Source: Syntrophorhabdaceae bacterium
GTDB taxonomy: Bacteria; Desulfobacterota; Syntrophorhabdia; Syntrophorhabdales; Syntrophorhabdaceae
Length of the DNA stretch: 64,000 nt
Assembly (NCBI GenBank): GCA_963666485.2
Contig: CAXXUO010000001.1
Coordinates: forward strand, 1,216,001-1,280,000
Direction of reading: 5' to 3'
Positions 39,131-50,348 of this stretch are shown here, one piece after another (the stretch's first letter is position 1; each line of letters starts with the position of its first letter). The notes under the pieces are model-generated. The model worked only from the letters and a program-made list of their open reading frames with translations, did no database searches and was not told where the DNA came from. The position numbers and the translations under genes were made by a program.

Positions 39131-40339
39131 TTATATGTTATTTAGAATATGACCAAGTTTCTTCTGCTTGGCCGTCAGGTACGCTATATTGTCCTTCGTC
39201 GGCGTCATTTCGATCGGTACGCGCTCCACCACCGTGATGCCGTACCCTTCGAGACCCTTTATCTTCTTCGGGTTGTTCGTCATGAGGCGCATCTTGTGTA
39301 TGCCGAGGTCCTTGAGGATCTGGGCACCAATACCGTAATCGCGGAGGTCCGGCTGAAATCCGAGCGCTATGTTCGCCTCCACCGTATCATGGCCGCAGTC
39401 CTGGAGGTTGTAGGCCTTGAGCTTGTTGGCGAGCCCTATGCCGCGCCCTTCCTGGCGCATGTACACGAAAACGCCTTTTTTCTCATGTTCGATCATCCTC
39501 ATGGCCTTCTGAAGCTGCTCCCCGCAATCGCACCGCATAGAGCCTAAAACATCGCCGGTAAAACACTCGGAATGTACCCGCACGAGCACCGTATCATCCG
39601 GCCCTATGTCGCCTTTCACGAGCGCGAGGTGTGTCTTTTTATCGATGTCGTTTTCGTAGGCGATCAGCGTGAACTCACCGCCGAAGCGCGTCGGTATCCG
39701 TGTCTCGGCTACCCGCCGGACGAGTTTTTCCTTCTGCGTTTTGTACTTGATGAGGTCGGCAATGCTGACGATCTTCATGCCGTGCTTTTCGGCGAACACC
39801 TCGAGGTCCGGCAGGCGCGCCATCGTCCCGTCCTCGTTCATGACCTCGCATATGACGCCGGACGGCCTGAGCCCCGCGAGCCGGGCGAGGTCGACGGATG
39901 CCTCGGTATGGCCGACCCGGACGAGAACGCCGCCTTCGCGGGCCGCGAGCGGGAAGATGTGCCCCGGGCGCGTTATGTCGTCGGCCGTGGAATTCGGGTC
40001 GGCGGCGACCTGCACGGTCCTCGCCCTGTCGAACGCGGAAATGCCGGTCGTTATCCCTTCCTTCGCCTCGATCGAAACGGTGAACGCGGTGTTGTACGGT
40101 GACGTGTTGTCCTGGACCATAAGGGGGAGGTCGAGCTGCCTGACCCGGTCCTCGGTGAGCGACAGGCATATGAGGCCGCATGCATAACGGGCCATGAATG
40201 TGATCGCCTCCGGCGTCACCTTTTCAGACGCGATCATGACATCGCCTTCGTTTTCCCTGTCCTCATCATCGACTATGATGATCATCTTGCCTTCGCGCAC
40301 ATCCTGAAGGACCTCTTCGATGCTCGAGATTGCCATCAC
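39131..40339 (-). CDS. ribBA: DHBP synthase / GTP cyclohydrolase II
   Basis: DDEDRENEGD, RVHSECFTGD..GS.RCDC and QEGRGIGL motifs. Confidence 0.97.
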   Translation of the reverse strand: MMAISSIEEVLQDVREGKMIIIVDDEDRENEGDVMIASEKVTPEAITFMARYACGLICLSLTEDRVRQLDLPLMVQDNTSPYNTAFTVSIEAKEGITTGISAFDRARTVQVAADPNSTADDITRPGHIFPLAAREGGVLVRVGHTEASVDLARLAGLRPSGVICEVMNEDGTMARLPDLEVFAEKHGMKIVSIADLIKYKTQKEKLVRRVAETRIPTRFGGEFTLIAYENDIDKKTHLALVKGDIGPDDTVLVRVHSECFTGDVLGSMRCDCGEQLQKAMRMIEHEKKGVFVYMRQEGRGIGLANKLKAYNLQDCGHDTVEANIALGFQPDLRDYGIGAQILKDLGIHKMRLMTNNPKKIKGLEGYGITVVERVPIEMTPTKDNIAYLTAKQKKLGHILNNI

Positions 40340-40986
40340 TACTCTCCTTTTATGAATCCATGGCGGGCAAGAAAATCGACGTCGAGCTTCTTGCCTTCCC
40401 TTTTTTTCAGAAAACTATCCACGTATTTTCCTATAATGTCCGTCTCAATATTTATTTTATCCCGCTGGTTCTTTTCAAGAAGTGTCGTTCGCGAAGCGGT
40501 GTACGGAATAATATTGATCGTGAATTTATTATCACTTTGATCATTGACTGTCAAGCTTATTCCATCTATGGCGACCGACCCTTTCTTCACGATCTGCCTC
40601 GCCAAATCCGAGGAAATCTCGACAGTTATACGAACCGAGTCACCCTCGCTGCGCACGTCGGAGATCGTCCCGGTCCCGTCGACATGGCCTGTCACGATGT
40701 GGCCTCCAAACCGTCCGTCGGCGGACATTGCGCGCTCGAGGTTGACCTTCTGTCCCGCAGCTTTATCCTTGAGGGTCGTGAGCCGAAGAGTTTCGAGGGA
40801 GGCATCCGCGCCGAATGTCCCGTTGCCGATCTTTGTCGCTGTCAGGCAGACGCCGTCGACACAGACGCTGTCACCCTCCCGGACGCTGCCGGTCTCGAAA
40901 GCCGTCCGGATGACGAAGACCCAGCTGCCGCTCTTCTTTTCAATGGCCGCTATGGTCCCTATATCTTCAATGATTCCTGTGAACAT
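40339..40986 (-). CDS. ribE: Riboflavin synthase
   Basis: MFTGII, GVCLT, NLERA and GGHIVTGHVD motifs. Confidence 0.96.
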   Translation of the reverse strand: MFTGIIEDIGTIAAIEKKSGSWVFVIRTAFETGSVREGDSVCVDGVCLTATKIGNGTFGADASLETLRLTTLKDKAAGQKVNLERAMSADGRFGGHIVTGHVDGTGTISDVRSEGDSVRITVEISSDLARQIVKKGSVAIDGISLTVNDQSDNKFTINIIPYTASRTTLLEKNQRDKINIETDIIGKYVDSFLKKREGKKLDVDFLARHGFIKGE

Positions 40987-42070
40987 AACCTTCGATGTAG
41001 ATGTTGTCTTTGAGCCTTTTCAAGGTCGCGATGTCGATCCTGTAGGCGTCTTTCAGAAAGTCGATCCCCTTCCCGCCGACGAGGTTGAGTGCCGATTTGC
41101 CTCCTATCAGGATCGTCCCGTAAAAAAGCACGACTTTGTCGACGAGGCCTTCCCGGAGGAGCGTGCTGTTCACCTCGCCCCCGCCTTCCACGAGAACGCT
41201 CATGATGTCGCGCTTGTAGAGTTCCTGGCAGATATGCGTTACCGATACCCTGCCGTAATCGTCCTTCGGCACCCTGATGACATCCGCGCCCATGGCCTTG
41301 AGCCTCGTTTCCTTGTCCGTCCGCGAATCCTCGTTCGTGAAGATCCATGTCCGGTACTTCTCGGATGTCTTGACGACGTCGCACGCAAGGGGGATCCTGA
41401 GCTTCGAGTCAAGGATGATCCGGGTCGGTATCTTGCGCGGATTCTTGAGCCTGGGCACAAGCAGCGGGTTGTCCGATATAACGGTGTTGATGCCGACCAG
41501 TATGCCATCGTTGACAACCCGCAGAATGTTGGCCTGGCGCCTCGATTCTTCGTTCGATATCCAGCGTGAATCGCATGTCTTTGTCGCTATCTTGCCGTCG
41601 AGGCTTACTGCGGCCTTCATCGTTATATACGGTCTTTTCCTTTCCATCGACCCGATGAAGGCCTCATTCAGGCGCCGCGCCTCGCTCTCGAGCAGGCCGA
41701 CCTTGACGTCGATACCGGCCTTGCGGAGCATCTCCACGCCTTTGCCGTTGACGAGCGGGTTCGGGTCGAGCATCGCCACGTAGACGCGCCTGATCCCCGC
41801 CGCTATCACCTGGTCGGCACACGGGGGCGTTCTGCCGTAATGAACGCAGGGCTCGAGATTGATGTAGAGTGTAGACGCTGCGGCCTTCTGCCCGGCATCC
41901 TCAAGCGCATTGACCTCTGCATGGGCAGATCCGGCCCTCTTGTGATAGCCTTTACCGACGACGGTACCATCCTTCACCAGGACGGCACCTACCATCGGGT
42001 TTGGCGATGCCGTGCCGATGCCCTTGCGGGCGAGGGAGAGGGCCATGCGCATGTATTGTTCGTCTTTCAC
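40967..42070 (-). CDS. ribD: Riboflavin biosynthesis deaminase/reductase RibD
   Basis: PNPMVG, HAE, LEPC.H.GRTPPC, SLDGKIA and VEGGG motifs. Confidence 0.96.
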   Translation of the reverse strand: MKDEQYMRMALSLARKGIGTASPNPMVGAVLVKDGTVVGKGYHKRAGSAHAEVNALEDAGQKAAASTLYINLEPCVHYGRTPPCADQVIAAGIRRVYVAMLDPNPLVNGKGVEMLRKAGIDVKVGLLESEARRLNEAFIGSMERKRPYITMKAAVSLDGKIATKTCDSRWISNEESRRQANILRVVNDGILVGINTVISDNPLLVPRLKNPRKIPTRIILDSKLRIPLACDVVKTSEKYRTWIFTNEDSRTDKETRLKAMGADVIRVPKDDYGRVSVTHICQELYKRDIMSVLVEGGGEVNSTLLREGLVDKVVLFYGTILIGGKSALNLVGGKGIDFLKDAYRIDIATLKRLKDNIYIEGYVHRNH

Positions 42071-42077
42071 GATAGGG

Positions 42078-42542
42078 TCACGATTCGTTCTTTTTTGTAA
42101 GGAGCTCTTTGAGCTCCGTCATGAACTCATTTATATCACGGAACTGCCTGTAAACGGAAGCGAAGCGGACATACGCGATATCGTCGAGGTTCTTGAGCTC
42201 GTCCATGACCATCTCGCCTATTTCCGCGGCAATCATTTCCCGCTCGCCTTTTTCAAGGAGGTTGTACTCGATCCTTGACACGATCTTTTCCAGGGCTGTT
42301 ACGCTGATCGGTCTTTTCTCGCACGCTTTTTTAAGTCCGCCAAGAATTTTCTCCCGGTCGAAGATCTCCCGCCTGCCATCCTTTTTTACAACAAGGGGCA
42401 ACCCCTCTTCGAGCCGTTCCGCCGTCGTGAAACGCTTTCCGCACTTGAGGCACTCCCGCCGCCGGCGTATCGTATCCATCTCCTTGCTCATGCGGGAATC
42501 AAGGACCTTGCTTTCAGGATGCTGGCAGAAGGGGCATTTCAT
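42078..42542 (-). CDS. nrdR: Transcriptional repressor NrdR
   Basis: MKCPFC...RRRREC..C..RFTT and YVRFASVY motifs. Confidence 0.97.
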   Translation of the reverse strand: MKCPFCQHPESKVLDSRMSKEMDTIRRRRECLKCGKRFTTAERLEEGLPLVVKKDGRREIFDREKILGGLKKACEKRPISVTALEKIVSRIEYNLLEKGEREMIAAEIGEMVMDELKNLDDIAYVRFASVYRQFRDINEFMTELKELLTKKNES

Positions 42543-42551
42543 AAAAGTACC

Positions 42552-42645
42552 CGGCGAACGGCGTACGGCGTACGGCTAACGGCTAAAGGCGAACGGCTAA
42601 AGGCTAAAGGCAAACGGCTAAAGGCTAAAGGCAAAGGGCGAACGG
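42552..42645. repeat. Degenerate heptamer array (GGCTAAA/GGCGAAC/GGCGTAC), about 13 units
   Basis: Read directly, upstream of nrdR. Confidence 0.9.
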
Positions 42646-42696
42646 TAAGGATGGAACAAGAAAGAGTCACGAGGGGTGTGTTTTGGTTTTTAATGT

Positions 42697-43167
42697 TCAC
42701 TGTCCACCGTGCGGTATTCGATCGAGTTTCGTTAATTTAATTTTGGATTCCCCTATCATGTCGAGGGACAGGTCGTCCGGGTAGCCTTCTTCGTAATATA
42801 TCTCGCCGATCCCGGCGTTGATGAGCATCTTGATGCATATGGAGCAGGGCAGGTGAGTACAGTATAATTCTGCCCCGTTTATGGAGACGCCGTGGTATGC
42901 GGCCTGGATGATGGCGTTCTGTTCCGCGTGGAGGCCGCGACACAGTTCATGGCGCTCACCCGAGGCGACGTTCATCTTTTCCCTGAGGCATGTCACTTCG
43001 GCGCAGTGCCTGAGGCCCGACGGTGCCCCGTTGTACCCGCTCGCGAGGATCCTCTTGTTCTTGACGATGACGGCCCCGACGTTGCGGCGCAGGCAGGTCG
43101 ACCTCATGGAAACGATGCGTGCTATCTCCATGAAATAGGGACCCCAGTCAGGGCGGACATTGCTCAT
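42697..43167 (-). CDS. dCMP deaminase (ComEB-like)
   Basis: RSTCLRR.VGA, GYNG, HAEQNA and PCSIC motifs. Confidence 0.92.
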   Translation of the reverse strand: MSNVRPDWGPYFMEIARIVSMRSTCLRRNVGAVIVKNKRILASGYNGAPSGLRHCAEVTCLREKMNVASGERHELCRGLHAEQNAIIQAAYHGVSINGAELYCTHLPCSICIKMLINAGIGEIYYEEGYPDDLSLDMIGESKIKLTKLDRIPHGGQ

Positions 43168-44411
43168 ATATCGTATATTCGTTTATAAAAAGGAAAGGCT
43201 GCGCAGAACTCCCGTACTTTTAGCCGCGTTTTTTCCATGAATGATGGGTTGTCGAGATGCCGCAAGACCTGGTCGATCATCTCGCAGATCATCTCCATTT
43301 CTTTTTCTTTCATACCGCGGGTCGTGACGGCCGGCGTCCCGATCCTTATGCCGCTCGCGATGTTCGGGCTGCGCGTATCAAAGGGTATAAGGTTCTTGTT
43401 GACCATGATGCCGCTCAACTCGAGTGCGACCTGGGCGTCGTTCCCTGTCACGTTCTTGGGGGTCAGGTCGACGAGGAACAGGTGGTTGTCCGTTCCGCCC
43501 GATACGATCCTGAATCCGAGCTCGGCCATGCATTTCGCCATGTGCTGGGCATTCCTGATGATCTGGCGCTGGTATTCCTTGAAATCATCGGTCATGGCCT
43601 GTTGAAGTGCAACGGCCTTTGCCGCGATGACATGCATAAGCGGCCCGCCCTGGATGCCCGGGAAGACTGCGGAATCTATCTTCTTGGCAAAGTCGGCGTC
43701 GCACATGACAAGCCCGCCGCGCGGGCCTCTCAACGTCTTGTGGGTTGTTGTCGTCGTAAAATGGGCGTGCCCGATCGGGCTCGGGTGGAGGCCCGCAGCA
43801 ATAAGGCCTGCAATGTGGGCAATATCGGCCATAAAATATGCGCCGACCTCGTCTGCGATCTCCCGGAATTTCTGGAAATCGATCACCTTGGAATAAGCGC
43901 TTGCACCCGCTATGATCAGTTTTGGTTTTTCCTTGTGGGCGATGCTCCGGATCTCGTCATAATCGAGCATTTCGTCCTTCGCGGATACCGGGTACGAAAC
44001 GGCACGGTACTGTTTACCGGAGAAACTTGGCCGCGCTCCGTGCGTCAGGTGCCCGCCGTGTGCGATGTCCATACCGAGGACGGTATCGCCGGGTTGAAGG
44101 ACGGCGTAAAAGACCGCCATGTTTGCGGATGATCCGGAATGGGGCTGCACATTGGCATGGTCGGCCCCGAAAAGTTTCTTTGCCCGCTCTATGGCAATAC
44201 TTTCGATCTCGTCGAGAAAGGCGCACCCGCTGTAATACCGCTTGGATGGATATCCTTCGGCATACTTGTTCGTGAGGACGCAGCCCTGTGTGGCGAGGAC
44301 ATCCTCATCGACATAGTTTTCCGAGGCTATCAGTATCAGGCTGTATTCCTCACGGTCCAGCTCACGCCTCATCAGCTCGAATATTTTCGTATCTTTCCCG
44401 TCGAGTTTCAT
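43164..44411 (-). CDS. glyA: Serine hydroxymethyltransferase
   Basis: [14 protein letters not shown] and [14 protein letters not shown] motifs. Confidence 0.98.
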   Translation of the reverse strand: MKLDGKDTKIFELMRRELDREEYSLILIASENYVDEDVLATQGCVLTNKYAEGYPSKRYYSGCAFLDEIESIAIERAKKLFGADHANVQPHSGSSANMAVFYAVLQPGDTVLGMDIAHGGHLTHGARPSFSGKQYRAVSYPVSAKDEMLDYDEIRSIAHKEKPKLIIAGASAYSKVIDFQKFREIADEVGAYFMADIAHIAGLIAAGLHPSPIGHAHFTTTTTHKTLRGPRGGLVMCDADFAKKIDSAVFPGIQGGPLMHVIAAKAVALQQAMTDDFKEYQRQIIRNAQHMAKCMAELGFRIVSGGTDNHLFLVDLTPKNVTGNDAQVALELSGIMVNKNLIPFDTRSPNIASGIRIGTPAVTTRGMKEKEMEMICEMIDQVLRHLDNPSFMEKTRLKVREFCAAFPFYKRIYDI

Positions 44412-44414
44412 ATC

Positions 44415-44864
44415 TTATCCATTATTATTTTTTTCAAAGGCATCAATCTTGGCTATCCTGCCGCTGTGCCTTCCGCCTTCGAATTCCGCGGAGAGCCAGG
44501 ACCTTACGATCTCTTCGGCGAGACCTTTTCCCGTTACCCGCTCGCCGAGGACGAGCACGTTCGCGTCGAGGTGCTTGCGGCTCTGGACGGCCGTATAGGT
44601 ATCGAACGCAAGGGCGGCACGGACGCCTTTTACCTTGTTCGCAACAACGCTCATCCCCATGCCGGTGCCGCAGACGAGTATCCCGCGGTCGGCCTGCCCC
44701 GCCGCGACAGCTTGAGCGACCTTGAAACCGTAATCAGGATAGTCGACGGACTCGGGGGAATGCGTCCCGTGATCCGTGACCTCATAATCTCCCCCGGCAA
44801 GGAGCTTTTTTATGTATTCTTTCAATTCCAGGCCCGCATGATCGGACCCGATGGCTATCTTCAC
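44415..44864 (-). CDS. rpiB: Ribose-5-phosphate isomerase B
   Basis: GSDHAG, DYPD, CGTGMG and FEGGRH motifs. Confidence 0.96.
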   Translation of the reverse strand: MKIAIGSDHAGLELKEYIKKLLAGGDYEVTDHGTHSPESVDYPDYGFKVAQAVAAGQADRGILVCGTGMGMSVVANKVKGVRAALAFDTYTAVQSRKHLDANVLVLGERVTGKGLAEEIVRSWLSAEFEGGRHSGRIAKIDAFEKNNNG

Positions 44865-46102
44865 CCGCTGAACCTCTTCATGGCCAGGACACAGTTTGTC
44901 CCGCCGAATCCAAAAGAATCGGAAAGAGCGACATCGATCACGTGGTTCCGGGCCTGGTTCGGGACATAGTCCAGGTCGCAGTCAGGATCGGGTGTCTCAT
45001 AGTTGATCGTCGGCGGGCAGACCTGGTCCCTGATCGCAAGCGTCGTGAAGATCGCCTCGATTGCACCGGCCGCGCCGAGCAGGTGGCCCGTCATGGACTT
45101 CGTGGAACTGACGGGAAGCTTGTACGCCCTGTCACCGAAGACTTTCTTGACCGCGAGGGTCTCCGTCTGATCGTTGAGGTCTGTGGACGTGCCGTGCGCG
45201 TTGATGTAGTTTACGGAGTCGGGGTTTAAGCCCGCATCTCTGAGCGCCATGTTGATGCAGCGGATAAAACCGTCGCCGTCAGGGCAGGGTGCTGTTATAT
45301 GATATGCATCCCCGTTGTACCCGTAGCCGACCAGTTCGGCGTATATCTTCGCCCCGCGCGCTTTCGCACGCTCGAGCTCCTCGAGAATGACTATACCGGC
45401 CCCCTCGGCGACAACGAACCCGTCCCGGTCCTTATCGAAGGGGCGCGAAGCCCTCTGGGGCTCGTCATTTCTCGTGGAAAGCGCCTTCATAGCGTTAAAC
45501 CCGCCGACTGTCAGCGGTGTGATATTGGCCTCGCATCCGCCGGCAACCATTATGTCTGCATCACCGTACTGTATGATGCGCATGGCGTCCCCTATGGAAT
45601 GCGCTCCTGTGGCACATGCCGTAACGATCGAAAGGTTGGGGCCTTTCATACCGTGGTTTATTGCGATATGGCCGGGCGCCTCATTGGCGATCAGCATCGG
45701 GATAAAGAACGGAGATATCCGCCCCGGTCCCCTTTCGAGGTACACGCTGTGGTATTTTTCGAGCGTCGGAAGGCCGCCAAGGCCGGTCCCGACGACAACA
45801 CCGGCGCGCTCCGCATCCTCTTTCGCCATGTCGAGGCCGGAGTCGTTCATCGCTATCTTCGTCGCGGCGAGTGCGTACTGGATGAAAAGATCCATCCTCT
45901 TGATCTCTTTGACCGAGATAAATTCATCGGCCTTGAAATCCTTTACCTCGCCGGCTATCTTCGTTTCATGTTGTGTCGTGTCAAATCTGGTCAGCGGTGC
46001 GATCCCCGATTCCCCGTTGAGGATCCGTTTCCAGACATTATCAATGCCTACGCCCAGGGGCGTTACAAGACCGACACCGGTAATGACAACCCTTCTTTTC
46101 AA
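44861..46102 (-). CDS. fabF: 3-oxoacyl-ACP synthase II
   Basis: TACATG, NAHGTST and GHLLGAAG motifs. Confidence 0.97.
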   Translation of the reverse strand: MKRRVVITGVGLVTPLGVGIDNVWKRILNGESGIAPLTRFDTTQHETKIAGEVKDFKADEFISVKEIKRMDLFIQYALAATKIAMNDSGLDMAKEDAERAGVVVGTGLGGLPTLEKYHSVYLERGPGRISPFFIPMLIANEAPGHIAINHGMKGPNLSIVTACATGAHSIGDAMRIIQYGDADIMVAGGCEANITPLTVGGFNAMKALSTRNDEPQRASRPFDKDRDGFVVAEGAGIVILEELERAKARGAKIYAELVGYGYNGDAYHITAPCPDGDGFIRCINMALRDAGLNPDSVNYINAHGTSTDLNDQTETLAVKKVFGDRAYKLPVSSTKSMTGHLLGAAGAIEAIFTTLAIRDQVCPPTINYETPDPDCDLDYVPNQARNHVIDVALSDSFGFGGTNCVLAMKRFSG

Positions 46103-46120
46103 ACCGGCACCTCTTTAAAG

Positions 46121-46363
46121 TTATTTGCCTGCCAGACGGTCTTCTATGTATTTTATCGCATCTCCGACCGTTTCCATCTTCTCGGCGTCTTCGTCCGGGA
46201 TCTCAATGCTGTACTCGTCTTCGAGTGCCATGATAAGCTCAACGATATCGAGAGAATCTGCGCCGAGGTCATCGATGAACTTTGCTTCCGGAACGACTTC
46301 TGATTCGCTTACCCCGAGCTGATCCACAATCATCTTTTTTACTTTTTCGGTTACTGACGACAT
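46121..46363 (-). CDS. acpP: Acyl carrier protein
   Basis: DLGADSLD motif; GGAGG Shine-Dalgarno before ATG 46363. Confidence 0.97.
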   Translation of the reverse strand: MSSVTEKVKKMIVDQLGVSESEVVPEAKFIDDLGADSLDIVELIMALEDEYSIEIPDEDAEKMETVGDAIKYIEDRLAGK

Positions 46364-46447
46364 TAAGCCACCTCCTGTTTTATTGAAACTTCCTGAACTT
46401 CCCCCCGGCACTTCTTTTTCTGGTTTTCGCCGGGATGTAATAAATGA

Positions 46448-47173
46448 CTACATATACATTCCGCCATTTACGTTTATTACTTCGCCCGTAATATAGCTGC
46501 TCAAGTCCGAAAGCAGGAAATACACCACCTTCGCGACATCCTCAGGCTCACCAAGGCGCTTTAAGGGGATCACCTCGTGTATGGTCTGCTTCATCTTCTC
46601 GTCCAGGATATCCGTCATTTTTGTACGGATGAACCCGGGCGCGACAACGTTGACCCTGATCGACCGCTCTGCATATTCGCGTGCGACGCTTTTCGTAAAC
46701 CCGATGATCCCTGCCTTGCTCGCGGCGTAGTTTGCCTGCCCGGGATTACCCATAACGCCCGCGACCGAAGAGATATTGACTATCGCCCCGCCGGTCCTCA
46801 GCATGTGTTTGACGACCGCCCGGGTACAGTTGAAGACGCTCTTGAGATTGACGCTCATTATCCGGTCCCAGTCCTCTTCCTTCATCCGGACGAGGAGCTT
46901 ATCTATCGTGATGCCCGCGTTGTTCACGAGATTGTCGATCTTTCCCATGTCCTTCGCGGTCTGGTCAATCGCTGCTGCCACCGCCTGGAAATCGGATACG
47001 TCCACATGATAAAAAGAACACCGCCTCCCCTTGCCCTGAATCGCGGCAACAGTTTCGGATCCGTCAATTATATCAAAGATAACTATATCGCTTCCTTTGT
47101 CGGCGAGCATCTCGGCGATCGACCTGCCGATCCCCTGGGCTGCGCCGGTCACGATGGTAACTTTTCCGTTCAT
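46448..47173 (-). CDS. fabG: 3-oxoacyl-ACP reductase
   Basis: TGAAQGIG, NNAGIT and GQANYAASK motifs. Confidence 0.96.
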   Translation of the reverse strand: MNGKVTIVTGAAQGIGRSIAEMLADKGSDIVIFDIIDGSETVAAIQGKGRRCSFYHVDVSDFQAVAAAIDQTAKDMGKIDNLVNNAGITIDKLLVRMKEEDWDRIMSVNLKSVFNCTRAVVKHMLRTGGAIVNISSVAGVMGNPGQANYAASKAGIIGFTKSVAREYAERSIRVNVVAPGFIRTKMTDILDEKMKQTIHEVIPLKRLGEPEDVAKVVYFLLSDLSSYITGEVINVNGGMYM

Positions 47174-48108
47174 GCAAGGATCCCCTTCGCGGATTCAATA
47201 TCGTCGAATTTTTCCACGCTTATGCATGCGATACCCGGGACGATCCTCTTGACGAGATTGGAAAGCACCTTCTGGGGGCCGACCTCAAGGATGGCCTCGA
47301 TGCCCTCGTCGGCCATTTTCTTGACCGAACGCTCCCACTGAACAGGGGAGAACATCTGGCGGTACAGCTTGTCGTCGACATCCGCCTTCTCTTTGCCCGG
47401 CGTCGCATCGACATTGAACACGACCGGAACGGCAAGATCGCCATGGCTTAAGCCGGCGAGCTCGGTTTTCAGCCGGTCCGCCGCCGCCTTCATGAGAGGC
47501 GAATGGAACGGGCCGGAAACGTTGAGGAAGACGGCCTTCTTGTAACCGGTTCCTTTGAGTTTTTCGACCGCCTCTTTCAAGGCTTCGGCGTCTCCCGAGA
47601 GAACGACCTGTTCCGCTGAATTGAGGTTTGCCGGGACCGCGACGTAATCATCGTGAGATATCTCCGCAAGGACAGGCTCTATCTTCGCCATGTCGGCGCC
47701 GATCAGGGCCACCATCCCGCCTTTTCCCTTCGGGCAGGCCTCTTCCATGAGCAGGCCCCTCTTTCTCGTGATCGCGATAGCCTCTTCAAATGTGAAGAAC
47801 CCGCTTGCCGTAAGCGCGGTATATTCGCCGAGGCTGTGGCCGGCAACGAGAGCGGGTACAAGCCCGGTCTCTTTCTTTAAAACCTGGTAGACGGCATAAC
47901 TTACGAGAAGAAGGGACGGCTGGGTATTGTACGTCTGCCTGAGCTCGTCATCGGGCCCGTTAAAGCACAGGTTTGTGATAGAAGAGCCCAGGACCCGGTC
48001 GGCCGCCGCGAACAGGTCGCGGACGTAGTCGAACCTGTCGTAGAGGTCCTTTCCCATGCCGATATACTGGGACCCCTGTCCCGGAAATACTATTCCTGTT
48101 TTTTTCAT
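47170..48108 (-). CDS. fabD: Malonyl-CoA:ACP transacylase
   Basis: FPGQGSQ, GHSLGEY and VSGPFHS motifs. Confidence 0.96.
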   Translation of the reverse strand: MKKTGIVFPGQGSQYIGMGKDLYDRFDYVRDLFAAADRVLGSSITNLCFNGPDDELRQTYNTQPSLLLVSYAVYQVLKKETGLVPALVAGHSLGEYTALTASGFFTFEEAIAITRKRGLLMEEACPKGKGGMVALIGADMAKIEPVLAEISHDDYVAVPANLNSAEQVVLSGDAEALKEAVEKLKGTGYKKAVFLNVSGPFHSPLMKAAADRLKTELAGLSHGDLAVPVVFNVDATPGKEKADVDDKLYRQMFSPVQWERSVKKMADEGIEAILEVGPQKVLSNLVKRIVPGIACISVEKFDDIESAKGILA

Positions 48109-48164
48109 GCATCCTCACTCGCCGGTTTCAATAAACATTTTCCTCGCGAGATCAGCATCTCACG

Positions 48165-49328
48165 TTATGATCTTTTCTTCTGGGCCGATTGCTTGATAAG
48201 CTCGAGCCCGATAATGTTCCTCTGGATCTGGTTCGTCCCCTCGTATATCTGGAGGATCTTCGCGTCGCGCATCATCTTCTCGACGGGGTACTCTTTCATG
48301 TACCCGTAGCCGCCGAAGACCTGTATCGCGTCGACGACGACCTTCATGGCCACGTCACTGGGAAAGACCTTGCTCATGGCAGATACCTTCGAGAAATCCT
48401 TGGGATTGCTGTCGATATACCTCGCCACTGCATATACGAATGCCCGTGCCGCCTCGACCTGGATCGCCATGTCGGCCAGCATATGCTGTATTGCCTGAAA
48501 AGAAATTATTTTCTTTTCGAACTGCTCTCTTTCACGCGCATACTGTACGGCTGCCTCGAGTGCGGCGTGGGCCACCCCGACCGCCTGCGCACCGATACCC
48601 GGGCGCGTCCTGTCGAACGTCCTCATGGTCAGGATAAAGCCCAGACCTTCTCTACCTATAACATTTTCCTTCGGAACTTTGCAATCCTGAAATACCAGCT
48701 CACGAGTGGCTGATGCCCTGATCCCGAGCTTGTTCTCCTTCTTGCCGAAAGTGAAGCCATCCATGCCTTTTTCAAGGATAAATGCGGTCGCGCCGCGGCC
48801 GCCTTTGCTGCGGTCCGTCATCGCGATCACGGTGTAGATCTCGGCCTCGCCGCCGTTCGTTATCCATTGTTTTGTACCGTTGAGAATATAATAGTCCCCG
48901 TCCTTTTTCGCCTCGGTCCGGATGCCCTGCGCGTCGGAGCCGGCATTTGCCTCGGTGATGCCGAACGCGGCCAGCTTTTCACCGCTCGCTATCAGGGGCA
49001 GGTATTTCTTTTTCAGTTCCTCGGACGCACCAAGGAGAATAGGGTACGCGCCGAGAAGGCTGGCGGCATAGCTCACGGATACGCCGAGGCACGCCTTGCT
49101 GAGCTCCTCGACAACGATGCAGTTCTCAAACGTCCCGCCTCCCGTTCCCCCGTACTCCTCGGGAATGCTGACGCCGAAAAGCCCGGCCTGGGCGCAGTGC
49201 TTCATTATCTCCCAGGGGAACTGCTGGCTCTCGTCGAGCTCGGCCCTGATGGGCAAGATCTTTTCCTCGGCTATCTTGCGCGACAGTTTCTGGATGTTTT
49301 TTTGATCTTCAGATAAAAAATAATCCAT
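48165..49328 (-). CDS. Acyl-CoA dehydrogenase (short-chain/butyryl-CoA type)
   Basis: AFGITEANAGSD, LNGTKQWITNG, KLGIRAS, GGYGY and IYEGTNQIQR motifs. Confidence 0.95.
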   Translation of the reverse strand: MDYFLSEDQKNIQKLSRKIAEEKILPIRAELDESQQFPWEIMKHCAQAGLFGVSIPEEYGGTGGGTFENCIVVEELSKACLGVSVSYAASLLGAYPILLGASEELKKKYLPLIASGEKLAAFGITEANAGSDAQGIRTEAKKDGDYYILNGTKQWITNGGEAEIYTVIAMTDRSKGGRGATAFILEKGMDGFTFGKKENKLGIRASATRELVFQDCKVPKENVIGREGLGFILTMRTFDRTRPGIGAQAVGVAHAALEAAVQYAREREQFEKKIISFQAIQHMLADMAIQVEAARAFVYAVARYIDSNPKDFSKVSAMSKVFPSDVAMKVVVDAIQVFGGYGYMKEYPVEKMMRDAKILQIYEGTNQIQRNIIGLELIKQSAQKKRS

Positions 49329-49331
49329 ATA

Positions 49332-50342
49332 TTATCTCTCCTTGACTTTCTGCATCATCTGGTGGTCCTGCATCGTCTCGTTTATCGATTCCCTGAGGCC
49401 TTTCTCCACGAATTTCTTCGCGAGGAGGATCGCGTTGCGCATGGCCTTTGCATTTGATTTCCCATGGCAAATGATCGAAACCCCGTCAACGCCGAGAAGC
49501 GGTGCCCCGCCGGTCTCAGAGTAATCCGCCTTCTTCTGGAATTCCTTGAAAATGTCTTTCAGGAGGACATACCCGATCTTTGCCTTCAGGCTTTTTTCGA
49601 TACCGTTCCTGAAGAACTCAAAGATCAGGTCCGCCACACCTTCGCTAATCTTCAGTGCGATGTTCCCGACAAAACCATCGCTCACCACGATGTCGGTCCT
49701 GCCGTTGTACATGTCAGTCCCTTCGACATAGCCGAGATAATTGAGACCGAACTCTTTTATCAGGGCATGCGCGTCGCGCGTCAGCTCGTTGCCTTTTGTT
49801 TCCTCTTCGCCGTTGGATAATATCCCGATCCGGGGAGAATCTATCCCCAGGACGGAAGAGGCAAATGCGTTCCCCATCAGGGCGAACTGGGCGAGATGGG
49901 TGGGTTTGCAGTCGACGGTGCCCCCGGCGTCGAGAAGTATGGAAACCCCGTCCCCGATGCGGGGATGGATCGTGGCAATGGCCGGCCTGTCAACCCCCGG
50001 GGTCCGGCCCAGCGTAAAAATGGCGAACGCCATGGCCGCACCGGAATTTCCCGCTGATACCACTGCGTCGACCTCACCCGCCTTGTGCAGCTCGAAGGCG
50101 CGGTTCATCGATGAATCGCGTTTCTTCCGCAGTGCATTGGACGGGGATTCGTTCATTTCCACGCAGACGGGTGTGTGGACCATATCGAGGTTGACCGTGT
50201 CCGTCAGGTGGGGCTTCATTTTTTCGACATCGCCGACAAGAACTATCGATGCGAGGCCATCGCGGGAAACTGATTGTGCACCTTTAACGATCTCAAGGGG
50301 GGCAAAATCGCCGCCCATTCCGTCAACGGCAATCCGTATCAT
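49332..50342 (-). CDS. plsX: Phosphate acyltransferase PlsX
   Basis: AVDGMGGDFAP, SAGNSGA, DGFVGN and GGAPLLG motifs. Confidence 0.96.
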   Translation of the reverse strand: MIRIAVDGMGGDFAPLEIVKGAQSVSRDGLASIVLVGDVEKMKPHLTDTVNLDMVHTPVCVEMNESPSNALRKKRDSSMNRAFELHKAGEVDAVVSAGNSGAAMAFAIFTLGRTPGVDRPAIATIHPRIGDGVSILLDAGGTVDCKPTHLAQFALMGNAFASSVLGIDSPRIGILSNGEEETKGNELTRDAHALIKEFGLNYLGYVEGTDMYNGRTDIVVSDGFVGNIALKISEGVADLIFEFFRNGIEKSLKAKIGYVLLKDIFKEFQKKADYSETGGAPLLGVDGVSIICHGKSNAKAMRNAILLAKKFVEKGLRESINETMQDHQMMQKVKER

Positions 50343-50348
50343 CCCTTA

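Noticed and set aside
42070..42700. FMN riboswitch ahead of the rib genes
   Set aside because: ribD follows nrdR within 7 nt, and the upstream gap holds only heptamer repeats with no RFN motifs.
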